Shown here: in pieces, positions 24,784-38,217 of the stretch
How positions within the stretch are numbered: position 1 is the first letter of the stretch
How the letters are laid out: each line of letters opens with the position of its first letter
Assembly: GCA_001244265.2 (NCBI GenBank)
Contig: LN717261.1
Location: forward strand, 3,363,591-3,427,590
DNA: 64,000 nt
Direction of reading: 5' to 3'
From: Microbotryum violaceum
Lineage: Eukaryota
Program-made: the position numbers and the translations under genes
The notes under the pieces: generated by a model
The model's database searches: none
The model's input: only the letters and a program-made list of their open reading frames with translations
What the model was told of the DNA's origin: nothing

Positions 24784-27670
24784 TCACCTCCTCCCCAACT
24801 TCTTAACTTCCCACAACACCTCGTCCAACTTACTTCTGTTCAAATTCGGTAATTCCTTTTTCAGATCCTCGAATTTGACTTTGGAAATCAACATTCCTTC
24901 CGGTTCACCGGGTCCTAAATCGTCTTCTTGTGAATGGGGTGAAGGGTCTTCGTCCGAGTTGGTGAATTCGTCGGGCTCGATGGTGAGAGATTGGTAGTCT
25001 GATGAACGACGCGAGGAATGCGTGGATTCAAAGAGCGCGATGAAGCAGCTGTTTACGGTCATGGTGTGAGCGACTGGTTAGATAGCGTGGTTCACAAACC
25101 AGGGTGAAGCGGATTTCACTTACAGCGGTATGAAGAAGACGATGCTCATAATAATGCGGTTTAGCTTCTTGTACGCTTCTCTCGACAAGATCATTTCGAG
25201 AGGGAGGATTAACAGCTCGATCACTTTCACACGCAGAACGACAAGCCACTTTTGATTAGCGAGTTCTGAAGCACCCACGGCTCGGGTCCACGCGCATATT
25301 GGACCCACAGTTGAATGGGGCCGGATACACGTATTGATCGGGTGCGCGAATAGCCGAGATGGTCTTGGCCGAGAAGAAGGCGAGGAAGGTCGGCACGGCT
25401 TCGTCGGTGCATTCAGCATAGGCCGAGCCGAACAAGGCGACGAGGATGTTGAGCAGGATCACGAGCGTCAGGACGGACCATGCATACTGTGATTCAGATA
25501 TCGCACTTCAAGTCAGTGGCTTATTGAGGGGTTTTCAGGGATTCAATTGAAACCGACTGACGTAGAGAATCATCCCGAAAGGGTACGAATCCGCACCCCT
25601 GGCGTAATCCTCAAATGTCGGACTTCCCAACAGCCCTTGAACCAGAGAATGAATGACCGCCTCCGTTGAGGCATTGCTATCAGGTTTGGTATTGTCGAGG
25701 CCGGTGAGGGCTTGTCCGAACCCGATCGCGAGGAGGGCAAGCAGCGTGAAGAATACGGCGGATTCTTTGAGCATGCGGAAGGTGACTGCAGGAGAAATTG
25801 GTCTGGATCAGTTACGTCTAGTCCCCGGAAGATCGACAACGAAGACCGACCAATTTGCAAGGTGCCGAAGTATTGGACTACCGCACCGCAACAGAAAAAT
25901 AAACTCATCAGCCCCTGTTTTCTACTCAATCGTCCTCAGCGTTCAAATCGCAACCTACAAAGATCGAAAATGGTCAACAACTTCATCCAAATTAATGGCG
26001 CCGCACTCGAAAGGAATTGGAAGCTCAGCAGACGATAGACCTCGGACTTGTGCGCGTCGTGGGTCATCGTATCGGCGACGCGGTAGCAAAAGGCGATTGC
26101 GAGGAGGGTGTAGATGCCATAGTTGACGATTTGCCAGAAACCGAGTGCCGCGAACCAGCCAATCTTCCAGAGCTGTTGATATCAGAAGGAGAAGGAAGGT
26201 CAGCTGTCGCGAAAAGTACGAGCAAGTCCAGTCAACGCACTTTTGTGAGATCTTCGATCAGGTAGCCGAGCAATTGGATATCTGAAAACCGCAGATCCAG
26301 TTCAGCAACACGATCTCAAGAACGTGTCGCCTTTTCCCTCCCACTCACAAAGAACGGAATCCTCTAGTCCGAAACCACGATCGGGGGTCTGGATTGCGAT
26401 GGTGTAGCAGACGAGGAACAGGGCCCACAAGCAGATGCGGAAGAAGAACTGGTAGCGAGGGACACCCACGCGATCCGGGTCGAAATGAGCTGCGAAGCCA
26501 GATGCATGAATGGCGGGTTTGTACTTTTACAAGGGAAAGTTTAAAGCTGAAGAACGTCAGGTCAGCTGGCTCCCGGTAGGTTGGGATATGCGTCCGGAGA
26601 GGGACTGACGGGCTCGTAGACGTTCGTTCCATCGGCGCTGATACGTTGGACGAGCAGACCTTTCCACAACGCAAATACGGTGCGTTGCGATTCACCCGAC
26701 GAGAGGAAGAATGTCGCATGCTGATCGACAGCCGATTCGAGAGCTGGACGTGGGGACGGAGGGTTTCAAGTTCAACCACTCATCTCGCCTGGGAAGCCAG
26801 CTACACAACTTACCCGAGAGAGGTAGACTCTCATCTCCATCGGCCTCGATAACGGTGAATCGACTGCTCAAAAGGCGGTACTGTTCCTCCATCGCTATCA
26901 GGAAAACCATCACGGCGGCTCAGCTTTTTCCCATCCGGCTACCGTCAATCCGCGCCGTAGACCCGACTAACGGGTCCTGTTAACCAGCTTCCTTGCCAAA
27001 GCCTCGCACGCCAACTTTCGACCTTCATTCTCATCTGAATCGCTCGGGTTCAAATACGCCTGCAAGCATACTCTGCCCCGATCAGCAATGATCCTCCTCT
27101 GCCAGACTGCGCGCCAAGCCTTTTCCCTCCCAGCGAGCAGCATGTGGGGGGCGGCGTGGGTGTGCGAAAAAACGAACCTGTTGGCGAAAATATCTCCTCG
27201 CTTCGAGCAAGGCGAAGGGGAGACATTGGTCAAAATCTCCGGCGATTTTGGAGTAGGCTTCGACGACTTGTTGGGTTAGAATACCCGAGACCGGACTGGT
27301 CAATTCGTCTAGTGCGACGTAGAGAGGAGACGAGAGAGTAGCGAAGGAGCGTGAGCCTACGCGGTCATCGTCGTCATCGAGAAGACGACTCGACCTCAAC
27401 ACGGAGCACGCGCGCTCACCGAGGTCGACCTGGATCGGGAGCAGCTCGAGGGTGAGCGCCTCGATACGGCGTACGATCGCAGTCACCGTTCTCGGATGGT
27501 ACACGGGGTCATGGTCGTGGTTGGCCGTACGACGGCTATGGCCAGACCCGGCGGAGCGGAGCAGCAACGGAGCTTCCAGAGCCGAGACTGGCGACGAAGA
27601 AGAGTGTCAGAGCTCAGGACATGTTCGCAGCACCTCCGGGGTACTCACTCGCTTGGTCGGCTGAAGGCAT
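24784..27670 (-). CDS. YVC1: Vacuolar TRP-type cation channel (Yvc1/TRPY1-like), multi-exon
   Basis: LELLPIQVD, LPFALLEARRYF, LACEALARKL; TM region MLKESAVFFTLL, ILLNILVALFGSAY, IRAPDQYVYPAPFN; C-terminal coiled tail. Confidence 0.85.
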
Positions 27671-28588
27671 GGCGTGTCGATCCAAGGCAGAGTGGGCCTT
27701 GGTGCGATCGACCGAGAGGGAAGGAGAGAGAGGTGTGCGCCGCAGAGAATGGGAAGCCGTTCAGACTGATGGGATCCGTGATCGGCGCTTCTTCTCGGCC
27801 GGGCGTGACAAGCCTGCGACGTCGTCACGTCGAGCCGGCGACGTGTGGGGAAAGCTGAGAGCATTCGCTTGAATTAAGCCTGTCGGTTAACCAACGCAAG
27901 TTTCGCTCTGCCAAATCTTGGAAAATACTTTGCATGCTGTGAAAAGCGGGAAGAAAGGAACTCCGACGGCTCCTTGGAGACCACGTCGTAATTCAGCCGT
28001 CACGACATGCTAAGCGTCGGCGAACCACCGATCGAGCTGTGAGAGGGTCGGTATCTTGAAAGTTTCAATACACGGTGGTATTCATCACATCAATAGTACC
28101 TTCTTCCGTCGAGCAGGTCGCGCAAGTGACGCCACCGCCTTCGTAGTACGCGTCGACGAAAAAAACTCTTCGCGATCCAACTCCTGGGCAATCCCTGCAC
28201 GTGACCTCGCGCGCGCCGGCGAGGAGCACCCCGTCCTGTTGGGCGCCGACAGGCGAAGACGAGTGCGAAGAACATGCAGCATCGTAGCCCAGAAGACATA
28301 TAGACCTGATGCAGCCCAGCGAAGGGGATTGAAGGTGAAAGCAGAATGGCGTAAGATTCCAATCAAGGTTATTGAAACTCTTGACTCGGTAAGGTTAAAG
28401 ACGAGAACTGCCAGCAGAGTGTCTGAAAAGTGAGCCCAGGTTCGCTAAACACCGAAGATGTGAGGACAGTGGTAAACTGGAAGCCTTGAGCATTGGATAA
28501 GACGAGAAGAAGGTAAAGCGAAGAAGATATCGAGAGAATATAGCGAGTACCGTTGCGCCGATCCTCGGCAAGAGCGTCGTCGAACCCC

Positions 28589-28703
28589 TCACTTCTTGAC
28601 GCACTTGCCGCTCTGCTTACTGAAGCCCGACCTACAAGTGTAGCCACAGTCGCCCGGGGTGTTGAAATGCGTGATCGCGTTGAGAGCCTTGTAGAACTTG
28701 GAT
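28589..28703 (-). pseudogene. Orphan exon encoding a degenerate unit of the neighbouring Cys-repeat protein
   Basis: After ctgtag: SKFYKALNAITHFNTPGDCGYTCRSGFSKQSGKCVKK*, aligning to the GDCxxTC...GxCVK repeat. Confidence 0.6.
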
Positions 28704-29150
28704 CTACAGTGGATTTTTACCGACAGGAAGGAAACGCGGGACCCCTAAAAGTGATCGGATCGCCGGCGCATTAACGAAAGCACTCGAACCGAGTGATCGG
28801 GCAAATGCAGGTACCCGACCTCACAGCCTTGGGGTACCGTAGCAGAGGGAGAACCACGTGGTAAGCTTAGACCGACTCTTCAAATAGCCTTCACAATGGG
28901 ACCAGAGATGAAGCTTTACCCCGTATAGGAGGACATTTCGTAGAATTACAGCTAGTAGGGATGATAAAGAAGCCACGACTCTTAGGTCAGACCAGCAGAG
29001 TGCCGTCAAGGAAGGAGCACTCGCGGAAGGCCAAGCAAACAAAGTTGAAGCGAATACGATGTGCTGAAAGCATCAAAGACGAGACAAGGATCTACGGACG
29101 GGAGAGACGGCAATGCGCCAGTCTTGGACCCGAGGAGCCGGTCGAGCTCC

Positions 29151-29713
29151 TTACTTCTTCTCGCATTTGCCGTCGCTGCAAGTGTGGTTGCAATCACCCG
29201 AAGTGGAACACCACGAGACCGAGTTGGAGACCTCGGGGCACTTAAACTTGTCGCAGGCCTTGACGCATCGTCCGTTCTTCTTGTAGGGGGGATCGCAGGT
29301 GAAGTCACAGTCACCTTTGGAGGTGCAGAATGGCTCCGAGTGGGCGGTCTTGGGGCATGTGCTCTTACGACATTCCTTCGCAAGTCTGCTCAGGTAATCA
29401 AAGTCAAGTGCGAGGTCAGCTGGATGTCGGATCCGAAGCCAGACGTCACGTCAAAGTGTCGCTCAGGCGGTCTAACGTACCAGAATTTGCCGTGAGCCTC
29501 GTAGCCATCCTCGCAGATGAAGCTGCAGGTTCCGAATCCGGGACCGGCGCAGACCGCAGTGCCACGAGTGACCTTCGGGCAGTTAGAATGAAGACATGTC
29601 GGGGGAGTGCGCTTCTTTACGACGATCTCTTCGCCGACCGGAACGGCTGCTGCCGAGCTGAGGGTGAACGCGAGCGAGGCGGCGGCAAAAATGGGGATCC
29701 AGGTGAAGTGCAT
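29151..29713 (-). CDS. Small secreted Cys-rich protein (156 aa) with three tandem 6-Cys repeats; effector candidate
   Basis: Signal MHFTWIPIFAAASLAFTLSSAAA, KKR site, intron 29480-29389; repeats CLHSNCP..C..GTCSFIC..GKFC / CRKSTCP..C..GDCDFTC..GRC / CDKFKCP..C..GDCNHTC..GKC. Confidence 0.85.
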
Positions 29714-31337
29714 GGTTCGGGAAGGTTGTTTGGATGTGTGGCTGAGGTGAGAGGAAGAGGCGAAAGTACGAGATGGGGACTGGGGCTGTATTAGGATGGG
29801 ATGGGATGTTGAATGAACATAAAAAGAGAGCCGAGAGACGAGAGGATCGAGCGGCCCCTTTTATTCGGGCGCCAATCATGGGGGGCCCACCGATCGCGAT
29901 GAACTAAAAATGGGCAATGCGCTGTCAACTTGTCCAGCCCTGCAGGCGGGGGTTTACGCTGGAATAACGTTGCTGGCGCTCGTAAGAACGCCGCTCTAAA
30001 TTCAATGCACCGCGACTCGCGATCTTCCGATCATGATCGAGGATCCCGAGCCCCAGCGCAGTGAGGCCCAAATTTGTTCTGGTCGGCAGCAGCGCAAGGG
30101 GGAGGCCCGGGCCCGTGGCGCGCGGCCGGGCGCCGGTTTAGAGCAGTGTTGCGCTGCCTCAAAGTCGGCTCCGCTTCACCGCTTTGGGATAGCGTCGCGA
30201 GATCGAAATTCGGGAGTTAAGATGCTGTGTGCGAGCTGTGCGTGCGAGTGCGTGCGCCTGGGGGATGCAGAAATGAACGTCAGGCATTAGGGGTCGGTGC
30301 CTCGAGGTACCGTCGCCTCGATGTCTGGTCCGGTAGCTCGCAGGGCTTGCACTCAGTAGGACCCCGACTGATGGAAGTGTCTAGTGGTGCTGCACTAGAT
30401 CAGTGCCCTGCGTTCCAGAATTCTCATCGTGGGGCGGTGATCCGGTGATTGCCACTTGCCACTGGTGCCAGGCTCGTCGCTGGAGGTTCCTTTGTGAGTT
30501 GCAAGTGAGATCCGAGATACACTCAAATTGCTGACATACTTGTCTCAAGACCCTTGGAGCCAGGCTTCGTGAAGTCATGTACCGCATTGAAGCCATGTTG
30601 CCCAACACCACGCCTCGCTGCAAGTCGCTCCTGAGCCTGAAGTGCAGTCGCCGAAAAGGGTCGGTTGTGCATTTCGGGCGAGTCGCCGCCGTGAATCTGA
30701 TGTTCCGCGTCTGACGACCCTCGAATTCCGGTTAGTAGGGTTCAAGTCTCGACGGTGCTTCATTCGAACTGCTACAAGTCGAAGAGGCACCGTGTAGTGC
30801 CTGCGCGCGCCGAAAGCGATAAAGCGTCGCGCAGACGTCCGAGCCCCTAAGTCGAAAATGGGTCACTTATCTTCAACATCAAGTCGTTGAGAGTCTCAGT
30901 GGCTTTGGATGATTCAACTACACTTCTGGGGTTGAAATTACGGAAACGCATCTGCGAAAGGCTGATAGCAGCGAACCATCTTCGAGAGCTGTAATCCTTG
31001 CGGGCAAGTTATCTGGGGGAACGGTCAGTGTCACGTGATCTGCCGATGCCGTCGGCGTGCCGGGATCGCGGTTTTCTTTCCCGACGCGAGCGTCGTCAGT
31101 CTTCCTCTGTTGAGCTCGTTCAATCACCACCGCGGCACCGTCCAGTCTCGAATCGGTCCCGTACCGACTTTGATTGGTCAAGCGCATCTCACTAAAGCGA
31201 CTAACCTCGTGGGCGGGTCTCGACGCCATCTGCAACTATAGCCGGCCTGAATCGGACTTGACAAGCTCGAGATCGCCTCCCGCTCATCGCATCGGGTCCC
31301 ACTTCCATCGACACGCTTACACGCTGTGACCCCCAAG

Positions 31338-33929
31338 ATGAAGTCCCGGATGCCCTCACCTCGAGTTTTCTTACGGTGCTCGTCGCTACACCCCAGGACT
31401 ACGCTCGCACGCGTGGTCCCTCGTGCGATCGCTCGCCGCTCTCTGTCCTCATCCTCGTCCTCCCTGCCCGCGACGCACAACACCCCCTTACACCAACTAT
31501 TCGACGTACCCCTCAACTCCTACGCCTCTTCTCCCGCCTATTCCTCCAATCCGACCGGTCTCTTCCTCCAACCGGTCCTCACCACCCCGTCTTCCTTCCC
31601 CGTTCTAGCGCATCGCACGACCCTGCGCGCCCAAATCCTCGTCCAACGAATCTGCGACCCGTCAACGTACGCCCAAAAGAACTTTCAAGACCTCACCCAA
31701 GCCGAACATGCCCTCTTGGCGATGGTCAAAGATCTCGATCGATTGAGCGACTTCTTGTGCGGGGTGATTGATTTGGCTGAATTGGTGAGGAATGTTCATC
31801 CTCAGGAAGAGTGGAGGTCAGAGGCGAATGAGGCGTATGAAGGGTTATGTGCGTATATGAACGAGTTGAATACACATGTTGGACTTTATCAGGTGAGTTT
31901 TAAAAAAAAAATGTGTTTGATTTTTGAAGGGGAGAGGCAAATGAGCTAACCGAGCTGGAAGATTACTTCAGGGCCTTAAATCACTTCACTCGATTCTACC
32001 TGCGACGACCCCTCAAAAATCACCTGAACTCTTCGCCGCTTATGCAGTCACTACGCCTTTCTTGCGTGATTTCGAAAAGTCAGGTATACACCTCCCGTCT
32101 CTACAACGTACCAAGTTTGTCGACCTCTCAACGGAGATTTTGCAATTGGGGAGAAAATTCTTGATCAATGCTGGTGAACCTAGGGAAGGCGTTCAAGTCG
32201 GGGTCAAGGAGGTGGAAGACGGGTTCGGGAACGCTTTTGCACGGAGGATCTTGGGTGAAGAAGCTCAAGCGAATGCGGTTGGAGTGGTTGATCCGATCAG
32301 TTGGGAAGGTCGCGTTCTGGCTCGACAACACCCTTCTTCTGAATTGAGGAAACGACTCTACCTCGCTACGCACAGAGCGCCAGATCAAAGTCATCTAGAC
32401 ACGCTCGACGATCTCTTGATCAAACGAGGTGAATTGGCGAGGTTGGTGGGTAGGAATTCATGGGGTCAAATCGTATTGGAGGACAAGATGGCCCAAGATC
32501 CCGAGAACGTTATGGGCTTTCTGGACGCTTTGGATGCGCATAACCGACCTTTGGCGCAAAAAGATCTCCAGAGGTTGCAGCATGTTAAACGACAGATCGA
32601 AGGAGGTGAGGGAAGGATCGACGCGTGGGATCGGGACTTTTATTCAGACCTCGTCAATCAGAGACCTTCACCGATCCCGGATTTGGCACCTTTCTTCTCC
32701 GTCGGAAGTTGCTTTTTCGGCCTCTCCAAGCTCTTTGAACGTATTTATGGGATACGGTTCGAACCCGAGGAAATGAGACAAGGGGAAGGATGGGATTCGA
32801 GTGTTAGGAAATTGCGCGTTGTCGATGATCAAGAAGGGGAAATTGGGACGATTTATTGCGATCTCTTTGCGAGGGAGGGGAAACAACCTGGAGCGGCGCA
32901 TTATACGGTGAGGTGTTCGAGGAGGGTCGATGATGATCGACCCGAGGCGGATTTTGGGGGCAAGGAATTCGTCGACCTTCCTTCGGGGGAGAGGGTGTAC
33001 AAAGCTCAAGCGGAGGAAGGTTTGTTGCACGTTCCGAGCGTCGAATGGAATGGGAGGGAAGGGAGGTATCAACAGCCTATTGTGGTGTTGGTGTGCGCGT
33101 TTGGTATGGAAGAGGAGTGGCAAAAGGCGACGAGGACTTGTCTGCAGTGGCACGAGGTCGAAACGCTGTTCCATGAGATGGGCCACGCGATTCACTGTGA
33201 GTTCTCGATCGGCGAAAGGGATGGTATCTGTCGGTTGCCCGAAGAGATCACTCATCGTTCGCTGGAAAATTAATGTCAATGTTCACAGCTATGATCGGTC
33301 GAACCTCTTACCACAACGTTTCCGGCACCCGCTGCGCAACCGATTTCGTCGAGTTCCCTTCGATCCTAATGGAACACTTTATTACGTCCCCTTCCGTGCT
33401 CGACCTCTTCGCACATCATCCTGCCTCCGGTCGACCGATTCCTCGTTCGATCCTAAATCAAATGTTGGTCGATCGCTCCACCTTCTCCGCGTTGGAAACG
33501 ACAAGTCAAATCATGATGGCAGCATTGGACCAACGTTATCACTCGGGTATCGTAAAAGACGGGTTTTCATCCCGCGATCAACTCGCTACAGTAATGAAGC
33601 GGTACCACGTCCTACCCCTATCTTCGGACGTTCAAGCCGATTGGCACCTTACGTTCGGTCATCTCTTTGGATACGGAGCGACTTACTATTCCTACCTGTT
33701 CGATCGGGCTATAGCAGCTAAAGTGTTTGGGCAGAAATTCGCGGAGGATCCTTTGAATCGGGAGAAGGGGGAGGAGTTGAAGAAAAGTGTTTTGAGGTGG
33801 GGTGGGGGAAAGGAACCTTGGGGGATGATTGGGGAGTTGGTAGGGGAGGAAGAGGTGATGAGGGGTGGGAAGAGAGGGATGGTCGAGGTCGGGAGGTGGG
33901 GGATCGAGGAGGCCAAACAAGGCAAGTAG
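31338..33929 (+). CDS. OCT1: Mitochondrial intermediate peptidase (M3)
   Basis: Presequence; DRLSDFLCGVIDLAELVR, AAHYTVRCSRRVD, LFHEMGHAIH, SGTRCATDFVEFPS, FGHLFGYGATYYSY; introns ~31893-31971 and ~33198-33288. Confidence 0.96.
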
Positions 33930-34131
33930 GGGAGTAAGTGGGGCTTTGTAGACGAATTGTCAAGATGTTGTACCACAAGAAACAGTCGATTTTCAAGATG
34001 TGCTCTGTTCGGAAGAGCAAGAACTACGCGGCAGGTGGCGAATTGATCTTCTCCAAGACAAGTACAACAAGTTCAATTTCGTAATCATCACATACATTCG
34101 GGTTATCCAACCAAGAAGCTCCTACCACTCC

Positions 34132-35604
34132 TCAAACCCTCCACCTCCTCCTCTTCACAACCCCACCCCCACCTCCACCACCCGTCGTCGTATTCCCCTG
34201 CAAACCGCCCGCGACGGCCACCGCTCCATTCGCAGCCATCAACGCCTCCTCCAACGCACTCTGATCAATTTCCGTCGTGCCCATCCTCAACTTCCAAACC
34301 GGTTTATACCTCCCCTGTGCCGTCGGGTTCCCAATCTTGTTCGCGGAAGAGGAAGCAAAAATGGGTTGACTTGCCGTTTTAGAGGAATACCATTCGGTCG
34401 AGTAATCAACCACGTCCAATTCTTCCCCATTACCAAGCAGTCCAATGGTGTCCGATCCGTTCGGCGCGGAAGGGTTAAAGATTGATTGTTGAGGACGGGC
34501 GGATGTGCGTAAGATGAGGTTACGTAAGGAGGCGGCGACTTGGGTCGAGTCGTTTTGGCGTGATTGGAGGGTCGCGAGATGGGCGAGGGCGAGGGGAGAG
34601 GGTTCTTGGGGTTTGGGATGGTGCGTTAGGTTCGGTGGGACGAATGGAGCTGATAGAGTCGGGGTAGGGTAGGCCTACGAGGAGGAGAGCGGTGGCGAGT
34701 GGGGTTCAGTATAATAGAAAAGGGCTGAGCAGATAGTTTCGAGTCACGTACTGGAGTGACTTTGAAACTATGCTTATTGGGCAACGCAGGCAAGCCCGGG
34801 AGGTCACTGAGCGCATCGGACGTCCTCTTTGAAGCGATCGTCTGCCCTGTGACGATACCGGATGCAATGGCTGCCGGCGTTGAGTTGAAGATGTTGATAA
34901 ATTCCTTCTCCCTCTTTTCCCTTTCGTCCTGTTCGCCTTCGTCGTCGAATCTTAGCAGTGGTCCAGACGGAGACGAGCGCCGCTTGGACGAGCTTTGGAA
35001 GCGCAGTTTGGGCCATTCTTCTGCATCGCGCAGGATGTAAACATGTATGAGTGCAGTGTATGAGCCTCAAAAGTTGTACCCGGTCATGGTCTGACCTGAT
35101 GGACGATGCTTGGTGCGGTTGACCTCGTGCACGAGCTCGGGTTCGGATCCGACGCCTAGTCTGCGACAGCTCTCGACAAGATCCTTGACGTTGGGTCGCA
35201 CGCGTTGTGCATGGTTCGCTAGGTCGTGGGCCAGTAGCAGCGCACTACCAAAGACTGCGTGTTGTCATCAAGGGAAACACGATTGGATTGGGTTGTTCGA
35301 GACGGAAAAAGTCAGCTCCAGCTGGGCCTTGCTCTCCTGCTGATCCGATAGTCGACTGTCCAAGGAGATCGCCCAACTCACAAGTGAACAAGCACCCCTC
35401 GATCTCTTCCAACGCGTCCTGTTGCGCACTATCAAAGCCCACTTCCTGCAGTTCACGCGCAACCAAACGGCGTACGACATTGGCAGCGACGGAGGGGGGC
35501 AACGTCGTCGTTTGGCCCTCGTGTTCCTCGTGTAGTGTGGAGGCAATTGAGCAGGAGGATGAAGTGGACGCTGTGGGAGATGGTGGGACACTGTCCGTGT
35601 CCAT
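34132..35604 (-). CDS. TAF8-like bromodomain-associated histone-fold protein, multi-exon
   Basis: VARELQEVGFDSAQQDALEE...ANHAQRVRPNVKDL (Bromo_TP-like) and PGLPALPNKHSFKVTP (TAF8 C-like). Confidence 0.7.
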
Positions 35605-36831
35605 GGTTGCGATTGGGCCGAGCAGGAGAGAGCAAGCAAGAGCAAGCGTGCTGGCGCCGCCGTCACGCGATCAGCTCACAACCCGCCAGAGCAGTGCCAG
35701 AGCCCGCCGGTTCCGAAAAGTTCTCTCGGCATCCCATGACTCAGGGGGGCTTGAGGTGCGCACACGGCAAGTATGAACACGGCAATTTTACACATCGTAT
35801 GAAGAAACGCATCGATCACATTTGGTGCTCAAAGCTTCAAGTTGCAACGGAGAGAAGAAAAAAAATCAACTGTCAGTCCGCGCAAGGGACTTCCGCTCGC
35901 AACTGCCTAGCTCGGCAAAATCAGACCTATCTACTAGGCGTCTAACGGCTCGCGACGGACGAAGAGGCCCTGCAAAAGCGTATGCACCCGGAAAATATTT
36001 GGAGATTATTATCATTCGAAAGCTGAGTTGGAGGGGGAACCGGGCGAAGCATCCAACGAATTGCAATAAGTTTCGTCGGGAGGGCGTAAGGGAGTTTTAC
36101 AAGGAATAGGGTATCGAATTCGTCCTTGAATTGGTCATAATCCCTGTGCTGGCTTCCGAGATCAAGAAAGCATGGTCAAGAATTACTTGGAATAGTTTGG
36201 AATTCGATCAGACGATGTCTGCCTCCCAGGACGACTCCAAAGTCGTGGAGGTGGGAGAAGTCGACACTCGAAGAGGGTTCCGAATTTGAATGGGAGACGG
36301 TTTCGGAAGCGGAGGAACACAGGGAAGACATACCCGAAGGCATGGGTGTCAAGAGCTCTGATGAAGCTGAAATGTTGGTTTCGCACAGTGGGGTTTGCTG
36401 ACATGGAATCCAAGAGCCCGCCAGCGGGTTTCCTGATCGTGGACTCGGAGGACGGACTCGACGTCATGTGGGGCCCCGCCCAGTCCAAACGATGGTTCGA
36501 CCCTTCAGCGGCACTACCCACTAGAAGACCTTGTGCACTCACTGGCAAGGCTATTTTCTTTGAGTTCTATCTCGCCATTTCTAGACGTCTGAACTAGCCA
36601 AGGTGTTGTCGGAGCACACCTTCAGGGTCGAGCAGGCCGAGCTGGTAGGCAAGCCCGAGCCCCCAGGAGCCAGCTTGCGATCAAGGGCGTATGCGCGCGC
36701 GCCGCGAGTCCCTCGTCATCTCTTGCTGTAGCCCAGCTCGCGAACGAACAAAGGTGGTGTCGACCTCTCTTAATCTACAACGACAAGCTCCCGTTTCAAA
36801 ATCTCAGTTTCACCAAGGTCCTGATTTCCGG

Positions 36832-38217
36832 ATGACGACCCGACTCGCAATCGCGCAATGCCTTCCGACCGAGATCATCGAGCACATCGCCCTCTACACA
36901 GCGCACTGGCGGGTCAACCCTCCGTACGCCGAGTACACCTATGCCCAAGACAACGTCGAGACAATCAAAAAGGCTTCCATGACCTGCCGATCTTGGAGAG
37001 CGGGTTTTGGGCGTATGAGGTGCCACACGGTCTCCTTCAACGACCGGGCTGGGGCCTTAATTCATAACTCATTCACTCAGGCCGACGCTTACGACTTTGT
37101 GCGGTGGCATCAGCAAGTCAGGCCGTATCCGGCGCGAGTCTTGATCTCCCGATCCATCCTTAGTTCCAATAGCTTCGAGGAAAGCCTTGGAATCGTGCTG
37201 CGATGCGTCGGTACGACACTGCGATCTCTCGTGCTGTCCGGAGACGAGCTACCTCGGCTCAGTGCAGACACGTGGGACTGCTTGCCGCCTGAGTTAGCAC
37301 GCTCCGGGTCACCACGGCTCTACAGACAAATCGATGATGATAACGCTTCTGCTCCCTCTCTTTTTGCGCTCCGACCTGCGCCACCATTTCTCCCCTCAGA
37401 GCTCGAAGACCTGATCTTAGTCGGAAGCACGAGGGAATACGATTGGGACGAGCTTCGAGCTGTGCAACTTCCCTCTGTTCGGCGGCTCGTTGTCCAGACC
37501 TGTCACGGCGCAAGCATCGACCAGTTTTTGGAGCACTATGAGTTGCCTGGACTTGAGGATTTCACGATGGTCTTGGACAGTCTCCTGAGTTGGGAAGAGC
37601 AGGAATATGAGGTCAATAGCGTCATACCCTTGCTGGAGCAGCTCTTCACCGAATCGAAGCCGGGCATACGACGGCTCAAGTTCGAACTTTTATGGGATTC
37701 GCCGTATCCGTATTCTGCATGGACCGTGCAACTTGCTCGAACGATCCATCTCTGCACATCCACTTTACGGGACCTTGAATTGGAGGTGATATCATACGAT
37801 GCATGCGATCGCGAAGACGACCCCGTGTGGCCCGACAATGTGGATCAAGTACTCGATAACCTTGGACCGGACACCCCGCTAGAACGTTTACGAATTGCCC
37901 TGCCAGTGTGTAACATTTTTACATGGGAAAGGTTCATTGATTTTATTGAAGACAACCTTGACAATTGTCAAGCGCTGCGAAGGCTCGCCTTCCTTCTTGT
38001 CCATCAATCCGTGGGGGGTACCACACCCAACATCGGGACCAGGCCGGAAGTTTGGCACCTCGGAGACGGCGTACATGTGTCAGATTGCCGTCAGGAAGGA
38101 GCCAGGGTTAGTCCGAAGGAAGTGGGTATGCTCGAAGGGGACAGGTGGGATAAAGTGCGCGAGCAGTGTAAAGACCGAGGGATCAAGTTCGTGCTCCGTT
38201 TGAGTATCGATTACTGA
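36832..38217 (+). CDS. Intronless F-box-like protein with degenerate leucine-rich repeats
   Basis: LPTEIIEHIA...SMTCRSWR at the N-terminus; repeated LxxLxL units (LRSLVL, LEDLIL, LRDLEL, LERLRI, LRRLAF). Confidence 0.7.
   Translation: MTTRLAIAQCLPTEIIEHIALYTAHWRVNPPYAEYTYAQDNVETIKKASMTCRSWRAGFGRMRCHTVSFNDRAGALIHNSFTQADAYDFVRWHQQVRPYPARVLISRSILSSNSFEESLGIVLRCVGTTLRSLVLSGDELPRLSADTWDCLPPELARSGSPRLYRQIDDDNASAPSLFALRPAPPFLPSELEDLILVGSTREYDWDELRAVQLPSVRRLVVQTCHGASIDQFLEHYELPGLEDFTMVLDSLLSWEEQEYEVNSVIPLLEQLFTESKPGIRRLKFELLWDSPYPYSAWTVQLARTIHLCTSTLRDLELEVISYDACDREDDPVWPDNVDQVLDNLGPDTPLERLRIALPVCNIFTWERFIDFIEDNLDNCQALRRLAFLLVHQSVGGTTPNIGTRPEVWHLGDGVHVSDCRQEGARVSPKEVGMLEGDRWDKVREQCKDRGIKFVLRLSIDY

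Noticed and set aside
31338-33929. Mating-type locus suggested by MIP/OCT1 (HD-linked in many Agaricomycetes) and RPO41 (in Cryptococcus MAT)
   Set aside because: No homeodomain, pheromone or STE3 gene recognised in the window.
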